A stretch of DNA of 64,000 nt from Bacteroidales bacterium (GTDB lineage Bacteria > Bacteroidota > Bacteroidia > Bacteroidales > GCA-2711565), in contig JANQLW010000013.1 of assembly GCA_028280405.1 (NCBI GenBank), positions 6,902 to 70,901 of the forward strand, written 5' to 3'. The notes beneath the pieces were generated by a model. That model did not search any database. It saw only the letters and a program-made list of their open reading frames with translations, and had not been told where the DNA came from. Shown here one piece after another: positions 9,525 to 18,674 of this stretch (positions are counted from its first letter, which is position 1; each line of letters starts with the position of its first letter). A program made the translations under genes and the position numbers.

Positions 9525-10400
9525 TTATGAAATTGTTTGTAACAATTTTTTCAATTCAGCAACTTTATCTTTATAACCTATTTTATTGTATGAAAATATA
9601 AGATCCTTTAATAGCCGATGCATAATTACCATATGGTTAGCCGGATTATAAAAGGATTCGTTAGGTACTAGTTTTAATTGTTTCAGATAAAGATCTATTT
9701 CATTTTTTGTAAAAACGGCACCTCTGTTAAACGGGTTCAGGTAAAAAAGCACATCCGAATCTTGTAACTCCTCATTTTTATGAATAGACGCACTATCTAG
9801 ATAAGCCAGAATAAAATGATTTGGTAAATTAATCCCGTAAATAGGAATTTTCAAACTCTGGCAAACAATCAAATAAAGCAGGCCCAATGATAATGGATTG
9901 CCTAGTTTAGTATCCAGTACATTATTAATGAAGAAATTATCAGGAGAATAGAAGTTCTTTTTGTTACCTCTGAATTTATTTACATCAAAAAATATATGAT
10001 TAATTACCTTTACTTTTTCAAGTCCGGTTAGATCATTATTAATTTCAAGCCATACATCCTGGATAATTGAGTTCACTTTTTTTTCAATTTTACTCACATT
10101 CATATCCGGGTAATTATACTTTGAGATCAAAATATATCCCTTTAATAAATCTGTAAATTGAAAATGTGCCCAATTATTGAGTTCAACATAAGTATTCTGG
10201 AATTGAATATCGTGTATTAAATCCAGGCTTCTTTTTTGAATCAAATCATCAAAAGATTTCTCCCAGTTACTCTCCAATACAGGAATAGCATCCAACCCAT
10301 AAGAAAAGATCTTAGTACTGATCTGAGCATAAACTTCCTGATCAGGCTCATCCATGAGACGAATTAAAGCTTCGAGTTCTTTAAAAGATGTTTCTTCCAT
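9525..10400 (-). CDS. Transglutaminase-like (Transglut_core2/SirB1 family) protein
   Basis: GNPLSLGLLYL..., YGINLPNHFIL, FYLNPFNRG. Confidence 0.85.
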   Translation of the reverse strand: MEETSFKELEALIRLMDEPDQEVYAQISTKIFSYGLDAIPVLESNWEKSFDDLIQKRSLDLIHDIQFQNTYVELNNWAHFQFTDLLKGYILISKYNYPDMNVSKIEKKVNSIIQDVWLEINNDLTGLEKVKVINHIFFDVNKFRGNKKNFYSPDNFFINNVLDTKLGNPLSLGLLYLIVCQSLKIPIYGINLPNHFILAYLDSASIHKNEELQDSDVLFYLNPFNRGAVFTKNEIDLYLKQLKLVPNESFYNPANHMVIMHRLLKDLIFSYNKIGYKDKVAELKKLLQTIS

Positions 10401-10536
10401 AGATTTAATTCAAAACTAATCTACAAAACAACGACTACGACATACAGAACATTAACATTTTTAACAATCAAATGTTAAAAGAATAATATATTGAAGTTGT
10501 TTAATGTTAGAATTAATTTTTATTTGCTGATTAGTC

Positions 10537-10634
10537 AAGCCCCGACTCAAGATACTATTATTGAAGTACAGCCAGCCATAAGGAATGTTTAAACTTCCTT
10601 CGGCAGATGAGGTACGAAAGTCGGGATTTGGCTT
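10537..10634 (-). ncRNA. ssrS: 6S RNA (6S-Flavo-like)
   Basis: Rod-shaped fold: closing stem CCCGACU/AGUCGGG plus AAGC/GCUU, asymmetric central bubble, then GUAC/GUAC, GCCG/UGGC and AAGGAA/UUCCUU. Sequence features (ACCUCA, UGUACU, UUGAGU) match my recollection of Bacteroidota 6S. Lies between the nucleoside phosphorylase and transglutaminase-like genes. Confidence 0.72.
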
Positions 10635-10647
10635 TCGACAAAAGATG

Positions 10648-11523
10648 TTAAAGATTTATGAGCCTATCCAATAAAATTTCAATTAGTTTTTTCATGGGTG
10701 TATGATGATCCGTACTATATTCTTCAACTCTTCGGTTCGCAATAATGGCACAAATAGTCAAGACGTTATGCCCTAATGATTTCCCCAATCCATACAAAGC
10801 AGAAGTTTCCATTTCAAAATTAAGGATCTTCTCTCCATCCAGATTCACATCTTCGATTTTTCTGTAAAACTCAGGGTGATTTAATTTCATTCGAAGTTGC
10901 CTTCCCTGCGGTCCGTAAAAGCCCGGTGCAGTAATGGTAATTCCCTGTAACATATCAAATCCGACCTTTTCTGCTAAGTGCTCAGATGATTTCACAATAT
11001 AGGGCCTGGCCCATTCAACGGGCCAGTCTGTTTGCTTTATCAGCTCTTCTTCCATCTTTGTTTCAAAAACCGAATTTTCCGGCTGATAAAAATTAAGCAG
11101 GCCATCCATTCCCAATCCATATTTAGACATCACATACGAATCAACCGGGATTTCTTGCTGTATAGCTCCGGAAGTTCCAAGCCTTATTATATTTAACACC
11201 TGATGTGTTTCTTTTTTAAGCTTATTTCTTAAATCAATATTCACTAAAGCATCCAGCTCATTTAAAACAATATCAATATTATCAGGCCCCATACCGGTTG
11301 ACATTACACTTAAGTGCTTATTTCCTATCCAACCTGTATGCGTCACAATTTCCCGATTCTGTCCCTGAAAATCAATTCTATCAAAATAGGCAGATATCAT
11401 TGAAACCCGCCCCGGGTCACCAACGATTATTACTGTATCTGCAATATCCTGCGGACGTAAATTTAAGTGATAAATAGCTCCTTTATCATTAACGATCAAT
11501 TGTGAATTCGGTAGTTTTTCCAT
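10648..11523 (-). CDS. Nucleoside (uridine) phosphorylase
   Basis: IYHLNL, VGDPGRV, STGMGPDNIDI, IRLGTSG, GFYGPQGR, NFEMETSA. Confidence 0.92.
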   Translation of the reverse strand: MEKLPNSQLIVNDKGAIYHLNLRPQDIADTVIIVGDPGRVSMISAYFDRIDFQGQNREIVTHTGWIGNKHLSVMSTGMGPDNIDIVLNELDALVNIDLRNKLKKETHQVLNIIRLGTSGAIQQEIPVDSYVMSKYGLGMDGLLNFYQPENSVFETKMEEELIKQTDWPVEWARPYIVKSSEHLAEKVGFDMLQGITITAPGFYGPQGRQLRMKLNHPEFYRKIEDVNLDGEKILNFEMETSALYGLGKSLGHNVLTICAIIANRRVEEYSTDHHTPMKKLIEILLDRLINL

Positions 11524-11595
11524 GATAAATATATTACTGCTTACAAATTTAGAAATATGTTTATAACGACATTATTAAATAATTACTTTTGTGTT

Positions 11596-12840
11596 GTGAA
11601 AGCAGAAATCATAAATATAGGTGATGAAATTTTAATCGGCCAGATAGTCAATACAAATGCCAGCTGGATGGCCGAACAATTGACAAATACCGGCATTGAA
11701 GTTCATCGGATCTCCGCAATTTCAGATAAAAAAGATGAAATATACAAAGCACTTGATTTAGCGATTAAAAATTCTGATATCATCCTAATGACCGGCGGAT
11801 TGGGCCCGACAAAAGATGACATCACTAAACAAACGCTGGCTGATTATTTCAATGCTAAGTTAGTTTTTAATAAAGAAGCCTATCATCAAGTCAAAGAGTT
11901 ATTTGAACTAAGAGGATTTAAAGTTTCTGATATTAATAAAAAACAAGCTGAAATACCGAATAATTGTACACCTTTGCAAAATAAAAACGGCACAGCACCG
12001 GGGATGTGGTTTGAGAAGAAAGGAAAGATTATCGTTTCCATGCCAGGCGTTCCGTTTGAAATGAAAGACTTAATCTCAAATCAGGTTATACCCAGGTTAC
12101 GGGAGAAATTTAAATTCAACATTATTTTAAAAAGAACTATTTTAACCCAGGGAGTAGGAGAATCTCATTTAGCAGAAATTATTGAAAATTGGGAGAGTCG
12201 TTTACCTGACAACTTCAAATTAGCTTATTTACCTCAACCCGGGATGGTTAGATTAAGAATAACTGCAATAGGGATATCAGAAGATAGTCTTCAATTAGAA
12301 TTTGAACATGAAATAGACAAACTTTTAGCTCTTATTCCTGATTTAATATTCGGAATCGAAAATGACCGCCTGGAAGAAATCATTGGAAAATTATTAGCTG
12401 AAAAACAACAAACTTTAAGTACTGCCGAAAGTTGCTCAGGAGGATATATTTCTCATTTAATTACAGACATTCCCGGAAGCTCAGCCTATTTTAAAGGTTC
12501 AGTAATTGCTTATGCAAATGAGATTAAAGAACAGGTATTAAAAGTTAAACCATCCAGTTTGAATGAATTTGGAGCAGTAAGTAAGGAAGTTGTATCGGAA
12601 ATGGCTTTAGGAGTTAAAAAGTTGTATCATACTGATTATGCAATTGCCACCTCAGGAATTGCAGGGCCTGATGGAGGAAGTAAAGAAAAGCCGGTTGGAA
12701 CAATTTGGATTGCTATTGCTTTACCCAATAATGAAGTAATCGCAAAAAAATATTTATTTGGAGAACACAGAAGTAGAAATATTAGAAAAACTGCACTCAC
12801 AGCATTAAACACTTTGCGAAAAGAACTCCAAAAGGAATAA
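11596..12840 (+). CDS. cinA: Competence/damage-inducible protein A (MoCF-binding + NMN deamidase PncC domains)
   Basis: IINIGDEILIGQIVNTNA, TGGLGPTKDDIT, TAESCSGG, SGIAGPDGG. Start moved to the GTG at 11596, just after TACTTTTG. Confidence 0.95.
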   Translation: MKAEIINIGDEILIGQIVNTNASWMAEQLTNTGIEVHRISAISDKKDEIYKALDLAIKNSDIILMTGGLGPTKDDITKQTLADYFNAKLVFNKEAYHQVKELFELRGFKVSDINKKQAEIPNNCTPLQNKNGTAPGMWFEKKGKIIVSMPGVPFEMKDLISNQVIPRLREKFKFNIILKRTILTQGVGESHLAEIIENWESRLPDNFKLAYLPQPGMVRLRITAIGISEDSLQLEFEHEIDKLLALIPDLIFGIENDRLEEIIGKLLAEKQQTLSTAESCSGGYISHLITDIPGSSAYFKGSVIAYANEIKEQVLKVKPSSLNEFGAVSKEVVSEMALGVKKLYHTDYAIATSGIAGPDGGSKEKPVGTIWIAIALPNNEVIAKKYLFGEHRSRNIRKTALTALNTLRKELQKE

Positions 12841-12958
12841 GTTTTTGATCTGATTGATTTTTATAAAAAATTTTACAATCAAAGACTTGTCTGTTTAAAA
12901 AATAATTCCGTAATTTGCACTCCGATTTTAGAAACAGGAAATTTAAAATTATAAAGAA

Positions 12959-13198
12959 ATGTCAAGAATTTGCGAAATAACTGGAAAGAAGGCAATTACA
13001 GGAAACAATGTTTCTCACTCTAATATAAAAACCAAAAGAAAATATTATCCAAACCTTCAAACTAAGAAGTTCTACATTCCAGAAGAGGATGCATGGATTA
13101 CGTTAAAAGTTAGTACTGCTGGTTTACGTAACATTGACAAAAAAGGAATTTCTGCTTGTTTAAAAGAAGCTCGTGAAAAAGGATTTTTAACCCGCTAA
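12959..13198 (+). CDS. rpmB: 50S ribosomal protein L28
   Basis: MSRICEITGK..GNNVSHSN.KTKR..PNLQ. Confidence 0.97.
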   Translation: MSRICEITGKKAITGNNVSHSNIKTKRKYYPNLQTKKFYIPEEDAWITLKVSTAGLRNIDKKGISACLKEAREKGFLTR

Positions 13199-13217
13199 TC
13201 AACCTTCAAGATATTTA

Positions 13218-13253
13218 AAGGCTGTTCCAAATGATTTGGAACAGCCTTTTTTT
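13218..13253 (+). terminator. Intrinsic terminator after rpmB
   Basis: AAAGGCTGTTCCAAAT-g-ATTTGGAACAGCCTTT followed by a T-run. Confidence 0.85.
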
Positions 13254-13311
13254 ATGAAAATTTATGAAGTCCAAATTATAATTCATCATTGATTTATGTA
13301 TTTTTGAATAA

Positions 13312-13956
13312 ATGATCTTAGAGCGTAAAATATCCTCCATAGTCTTTTTCATCTTGATAAGCATGAATGCTTACTCACAGGATACAAAAAAAGATAGTTT
13401 GATCCTTTTCTCAGGAGTGATCATGGATGCTAAAAACCTGGAGCCCATCCCTCAGGTGAATATCAGAAACCTTAGCCGACGAATGGGTACCTCTGCCGAC
13501 GACAAAGGCATGTTTGAATTCCTTGCAAATAAAACAGACACAGTCGTTTTTTCAGCCATGGGATATAAAGTACACATATTTGTTGTTCCGGATACTGTTC
13601 GTTTAAGAAAGTACACCTATATGCAAACTTTAACCCGGGATACACTTTCACTACCGGTTGCAGAAATCCATCCTTATCCCAGCTATGAAGAACTCAAAGA
13701 AATCGTAAAAAAGAAAACTCACGATGAAATACTGGATGAGATCGTGGATTATAATATGGCTCCGGTACATTTTATGATCCAATCTATGAATTACAGATCT
13801 GATGCAGGTTTAAATTATCAACAGTTTGTCAATACCCAGGTAGATAATTTCTATTCTAATGGCCAAATAGCTCCACAAAGAATCTTTGATATATTTTCCT
13901 GGGCTGCTTTTATAAAGGCCATAAAGGATGGAAAATTTAAACGAAAGAAGAAATAA
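13312..13956 (+). CDS. Carboxypeptidase-like regulatory domain (CarboxypepD_reg-like) secreted protein
   Basis: Signal peptide; FSGVIMD...EPIP.VNI...GT..D.KGMF...DTVVFSAMGYK. Confidence 0.8.
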   Translation: MILERKISSIVFFILISMNAYSQDTKKDSLILFSGVIMDAKNLEPIPQVNIRNLSRRMGTSADDKGMFEFLANKTDTVVFSAMGYKVHIFVVPDTVRLRKYTYMQTLTRDTLSLPVAEIHPYPSYEELKEIVKKKTHDEILDEIVDYNMAPVHFMIQSMNYRSDAGLNYQQFVNTQVDNFYSNGQIAPQRIFDIFSWAAFIKAIKDGKFKRKKK

Positions 13957-14077
13957 GATAATTAACTCTCTTTTTTCTGATATTCGATACTCAAAAAAAC
14001 AGTTCCTCCTCATTCATCGCACTGACCCTCAATCCATGAATAATTGATATCCATATTTTTGCAAAATGTATAAACCA

Positions 14078-14180
14078 GAACATCGAATATCGAATATCGA
14101 ATACCAAACAAGCCTGCCGGCAGGCAGGGAATGATGAATTACTTCATTATTCGTTAATCGATATTCGTTATTTGGCATTC
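14078..14180. repeat. Heptamer tandem arrays in inverted orientation around a CCTGCCGGCAGGCAGG palindrome
   Basis: (AATATCG)-like units at 14079-14106, complementary (TTCGTTA/ATCGATA)-like units at about 14143-14177, palindrome at 14113-14128. Confidence 0.65.
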
Positions 14181-14212
14181 ATTTGCTATCTTAGCGTAGC
14201 TAATCTATTCAA

Positions 14213-16723
14213 ATGGTTTTTATCCGCAATATTTATCTGGTTATTTTTATTTCCCTCGCATCCGCTTGCCTTGGTCAAAATAAAACGATAAAAGGTATTG
14301 TTACAGATTCAAATAATCAAGCCATTGAGTTAGTAAGCATCAAAGTTGCTGAGATCAATAAAGGGACAAGCACTAACAAATCCGGAGAATTTCAAATTAT
14401 TGTTCCACCTAAATCAGAATACACCATAATATTTAGCCACATAAATTTTAAGGAATTCAGGCTAACTTATAAAGCTACTGATAAACTACCTTTAAGAATC
14501 AGGCTCATCAAGAAGAAAACAAATCTTGAGACAGTAGAAGTAAAATCCCAAAAAGACAGGCATACAACCATTACAAGAATTGATGCAGAGTTAAGTAAAA
14601 AGGCTCTAAGCATTTCCGGAGGAATTGAAGATTTAATAAAAACCCTGCCCGGAGTATCTTCCAATAATGAATTAAGTACTCAATACTCTGTAAGGGGTGG
14701 TAATTATGATGAAAACCTGATCTATGTAAATGGTATTGAAATCTACAGACCTTTTCTGATCAGGTCAGGGCAACAAGAAGGGCTTAGTTTTTTAAATTCG
14801 GATATGGTCTCTTCAATCGCATTTTCTTCGGGAGGATTTGAAGCAATTTATGGAGATAAAATGTCATCGGTTCTTGATATTAAATACAAAAAACCTAAAG
14901 AATTTGGGACTTCCATCAGCCTGGGATTACTCAATAACCAATTATACATTCAAAATCTATCAAAAAACAAAAGATTTTCATACCTGGCAGGCTTTCGTCA
15001 TAAGACAAACAGTAGTTTACTGGGAAGTTTAGATACCAAAGGAGATTATCAGCCTAACTTTTACGACATTCAAACTTTCCTTACCTATCAGCTAAATAAC
15101 AAATTAGAATTATCATTCTTCGGGAATTATGCGAATAACCGATATAAACTGGTTCCTTCTAACAGAGAAACCAGCTTTGGGACTTTTAATGAAGCTTATA
15201 AGTTCAAAATTTATTTTGACGGACAAGAGCTAGATCAGTTCGAGACTCTTTTTGGGGCTTTCTCTTTGAACTATATTCCCAATCATAAAACAAAAATTAC
15301 ATATACTGTTTCAGTCTTTCAAACTGATGAAAGGGAAACTTATGACATACAGGGACAATATTGGATTGGCAGAATAGAACCACTGTCAAACCCGGATGAT
15401 CTAAATGATCCAATAGAATTGCAAGGGATAGGTACTCATTTAAATCATGCCAGAAATTATTTGAAAGCAGTGGTTTATAATACGGAATTAAAAGGGAAAC
15501 ATATTTTAAAATCACAAATAATAGATTGGGGAATTAAATACCAATATGAAGATGTCCGGGATAATATCAGTGAATGGGAATTAATAGACTCTGCATCTTA
15601 CTCTGTCCCTTCAGAAAAAATAGAGCCGGGCAAGCTCAACCCAAACCAGAATGATCTGGTATTATTTCATTCCATAAAAGCAAAAAATAAATTAATTTCA
15701 AATCGGATCAGCGGATATTTACAAGGGAAATTTGCACTGACCAACAAATTATTTCTTACCGGAGGGTTTCGATTGAATTATTGGGACTTCAACGCTCAAA
15801 TGTTATTCAGCCCCAGAGCCAGCTTATCTTACAAGCCTGATTGGAAAAGCGATATTATCTTCAAATTTGCCAGCGGGGTTTATTACCAACCTCCTTTCTA
15901 TAAAGAACTAAGAAATACAGATGGAAGTATCGTTGACAAATTAAAAGCACAAAAATCAATTCATTTTGTAGGAGGCCTCGATTGGAACTTAAAAATATGG
16001 AACCGGCTTTTCAGACTTAATGCTGATATTTACTATAAACATCTTTCAAATTTAGTTCCATATAAAATAGATAATGTCAGAATAAGTTATTTGCCTCAAC
16101 TTAAATCCAAGGGATATGCAACCGGATTGGACTTTAAACTGAATGGAGAGTTTGTTGAAGGCATTGAAAGCTGGCTCAGTTTATCTTTTTTAAAAACACA
16201 GGAAGACATAGAAGGTGATTTTAGAACAATAAATTACAATGCCGCCGGAGAAATTATAATTCCAGGTTACACAAAAGATGATGTTATAGTAAGAACTGTG
16301 CAGCAGGAAATAGGTTATATTCCCAGACCAACAGACCAGCGTTTTAATTTTTCATTGTTTTTTCAGGATTATCTCCCGAATAACCCTACTTATAAAGTCC
16401 ATCTGAAAATGACCTATGGCAGCCGGCTCCCTTTTGGCCCACCAAATGCAGAAAAGTATAAAGATGTTTTAAGGATACCTCCTTACCGGAGAGTAGATAT
16501 AGGTTTTTCAAAAGAAATTACCAGAAAAAGAAGTTCTAATTCACCAAAAAGAAGTTTAAAAAACTTCAAATCAATCTGGATTACTGCTGAAGTTTTAAAT
16601 TTATTTCAAATAGACAATACCGTATCCTATCTCTGGATCAAAGACATCAGCAACAGGCAATATGCTGTTCCAAACTACCTAACTTCCCGACAATTAAACA
16701 TCAGATTAATTGCGACATTCTAG
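14213..16723 (+). CDS. TonB-dependent receptor with N-terminal carboxypeptidase-like domain
   Basis: LPGVSSNNELSTQYSVRGGNYDENLIYVNG plug, GGFEAIYGDKMSSVLDI, C-terminal Phe. Confidence 0.92.
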   Translation: MVFIRNIYLVIFISLASACLGQNKTIKGIVTDSNNQAIELVSIKVAEINKGTSTNKSGEFQIIVPPKSEYTIIFSHINFKEFRLTYKATDKLPLRIRLIKKKTNLETVEVKSQKDRHTTITRIDAELSKKALSISGGIEDLIKTLPGVSSNNELSTQYSVRGGNYDENLIYVNGIEIYRPFLIRSGQQEGLSFLNSDMVSSIAFSSGGFEAIYGDKMSSVLDIKYKKPKEFGTSISLGLLNNQLYIQNLSKNKRFSYLAGFRHKTNSSLLGSLDTKGDYQPNFYDIQTFLTYQLNNKLELSFFGNYANNRYKLVPSNRETSFGTFNEAYKFKIYFDGQELDQFETLFGAFSLNYIPNHKTKITYTVSVFQTDERETYDIQGQYWIGRIEPLSNPDDLNDPIELQGIGTHLNHARNYLKAVVYNTELKGKHILKSQIIDWGIKYQYEDVRDNISEWELIDSASYSVPSEKIEPGKLNPNQNDLVLFHSIKAKNKLISNRISGYLQGKFALTNKLFLTGGFRLNYWDFNAQMLFSPRASLSYKPDWKSDIIFKFASGVYYQPPFYKELRNTDGSIVDKLKAQKSIHFVGGLDWNLKIWNRLFRLNADIYYKHLSNLVPYKIDNVRISYLPQLKSKGYATGLDFKLNGEFVEGIESWLSLSFLKTQEDIEGDFRTINYNAAGEIIIPGYTKDDVIVRTVQQEIGYIPRPTDQRFNFSLFFQDYLPNNPTYKVHLKMTYGSRLPFGPPNAEKYKDVLRIPPYRRVDIGFSKEITRKRSSNSPKRSLKNFKSIWITAEVLNLFQIDNTVSYLWIKDISNRQYAVPNYLTSRQLNIRLIATF

Positions 16724-16869
16724 GCTTACAAATTCCTTTCATTCAAGACATTCAGTTAAAAATATGTTAAATTTGACATCTTTTGAAAATTTTACTATTT
16801 TTATTCATTCTAAATTAAAATAATGTTTTATATTTGTATTAATACGAATTTTAAAACAGAAAATAAAGA

Positions 16870-17517
16870 ATGAGTTGTATCATAAAAACATTAGAATTTC
16901 CCACATTAGCATATAGTTTCAATGCATTGGAACCTCACATTGATGCCATGACAATGGAGATTCATTATTCGAGACATCATAAAGCCTATTTTGATAATTT
17001 GCAGAATGCAACAGCAGGTACAGAAATGGAAAACCTTTCATTAATGGCTGTACAAAAAAACATAAGTAAATATCCAGTTGCCGTTAGAAATAATGGCGGT
17101 GGTCATTATAATCACAAATTGTTTTGGAGTATACTATCCCCAAATGGAGGAGGTCAACCTAGTGGTGATTTAGCAGAAGCAATTGATCAAAGTTTTGGTT
17201 CTTTTGAGAAATTTCAGGAAACGTTTAATAATGCTGCAAAAACCCGTTTCGGGAGTGGTTGGGCATGGCTAAGCGTTGCAGAAGACAAATCATTAGTTGT
17301 AAGCTCTACTCCTAATCAGGATAATCCTTTAATGGATGTTACAGATGTAAATGGGTATCCAATTCTAGGATTGGATGTTTGGGAACATGCTTACTATTTA
17401 AAATATCAAAATAAACGTCCTGATTATGTAAATGCATTTTGGAATGTAATTAACTGGGATGAAGTAAGTAAAAGATATGAAAAGTCTCTGGCAACAGCTG
17501 AACAAACCAGTTGTTAG
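16870..17517 (+). CDS. sodA: Mn/Fe superoxide dismutase (Mn-type signatures)
   Basis: [34 protein letters not shown]. Confidence 0.95.
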   Translation: MSCIIKTLEFPTLAYSFNALEPHIDAMTMEIHYSRHHKAYFDNLQNATAGTEMENLSLMAVQKNISKYPVAVRNNGGGHYNHKLFWSILSPNGGGQPSGDLAEAIDQSFGSFEKFQETFNNAAKTRFGSGWAWLSVAEDKSLVVSSTPNQDNPLMDVTDVNGYPILGLDVWEHAYYLKYQNKRPDYVNAFWNVINWDEVSKRYEKSLATAEQTSC

Positions 17518-17637
17518 TCATGATGGCTTTCTCTTGGTAATTTAGATTACCGGATGTAAAAGCTTTAGTTGGCTGATCATTTTTTCATAGGTTGTTGGTC
17601 CTTATACCAACGGTTTTTTAATTAGGTTAATTAGTGG

Positions 17638-17669
17638 AAACCGGTGCCGAACGAGGCATCGGTTTTTTT
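17638..17669 (+). terminator. Intrinsic terminator about 120 nt downstream of sodA
   Basis: AAACCGGTGCC-gaacga-GGCATCGGTTT followed by a T-run. Confidence 0.8.
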
Positions 17670-17674
17670 CGTGA

Positions 17675-17750
17675 GACTCAAAATACAAGGCATCTTTGAT
17701 GCCCTGTATTTTGTAAGTCGAACAATCCCGATAGCGCAGCGTATCGGGAT
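17675..17750. repeat. Two adjacent REP-like hairpins
   Basis: CAAAATACAAGGCATC-ttt-GATGCCCTGTATTTTG (one mismatch) and ATCCCGATA-gcgcagcg-TATCGGGAT. Confidence 0.65.
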
Positions 17751-18116
17751 CTTCCAGAATTGTACCCTGACAGTATCTTTATTCCAACATAAATCCTAAA
17801 TCGTCCCTACCAGGATGTAGTTCATTCAATTCCAACTCAATAGAATCACACTGGGGCTTAATTTATCCTGAATAAAAAGACTATACCATAGTGTATAAGG
17901 ACTTTCTCAACTCACTGACATAAACAAACTTAGTAGAAACACTGAGCGAAATACGTGTTTCACGGAATTTTTGTCACTGGTTTTTCTTCTCAGCTCTACC
18001 CTCTTCATCTCCACATATATACGTATCTATTTAGACCTCATATAAATTGTTTGAACTCAATTTAATCTGCTTAACATTTCCTAAATTTATCCCCTTAATT
18101 ACTAAAGCCTAACGAA

Positions 18117-18635
18117 ATGCGTATAACCAGGATCAGTGCAAATAAGGCAACAGAAGAAGACAGCGGCCTTGATTTAAGCGCTCTCAATCCTTTGATAGAA
18201 AAATACAAAGGAAAGAAAGGAAACCTTATTCCACTTTTACAGGGAACCCAGGATATTCTGGGATATATTCCGAAAGAAGCATTTGAAAAGATTGCTAAAG
18301 ACACAGGTCTGCGTTTATCAGATATGTACGGTGTAGCTACTTTTTATGCACAATTCAGATTAAATCCTGTAGGTAAACATATCATAAAAATCTGCCATGG
18401 TACAGCCTGTCATGTTCAAAATGCAAGTGCAGTAACAGACGCTCTTAAAGAGGCATTGGATGTTGAAGACGGAGGCACTACCGAAGATGGACTTTTCACA
18501 TTGGAATCAGTGGCATGTCTGGGATGCTGTTCTCTGGCACCAGTAATGATGATCGGTGATGAGACTTATGGAAAGCTATCCGGAAATGAAGCGGTAAAAA
18601 TTGTCAAAAACATTAAGATCCAGGAAAGCAATTAG
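18117..18635 (+). CDS. NuoE/HydC-like [2Fe-2S] subunit (StnA-like)
   Basis: YGVATFYAQF, CHGTAC, ACLGCCSLAP. Confidence 0.92.
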   Translation: MRITRISANKATEEDSGLDLSALNPLIEKYKGKKGNLIPLLQGTQDILGYIPKEAFEKIAKDTGLRLSDMYGVATFYAQFRLNPVGKHIIKICHGTACHVQNASAVTDALKEALDVEDGGTTEDGLFTLESVACLGCCSLAPVMMIGDETYGKLSGNEAVKIVKNIKIQESN

Positions 18636-18674
18636 AATTTCCGGATGTTTTTTTAATGATTAAAATTGAATGTG

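Noticed and set aside
10537-10634. SRP RNA (ffs)
   Set aside because: Lacks the CAGG..GNRA..AGCA helix-8 motif; the fold fits 6S better.
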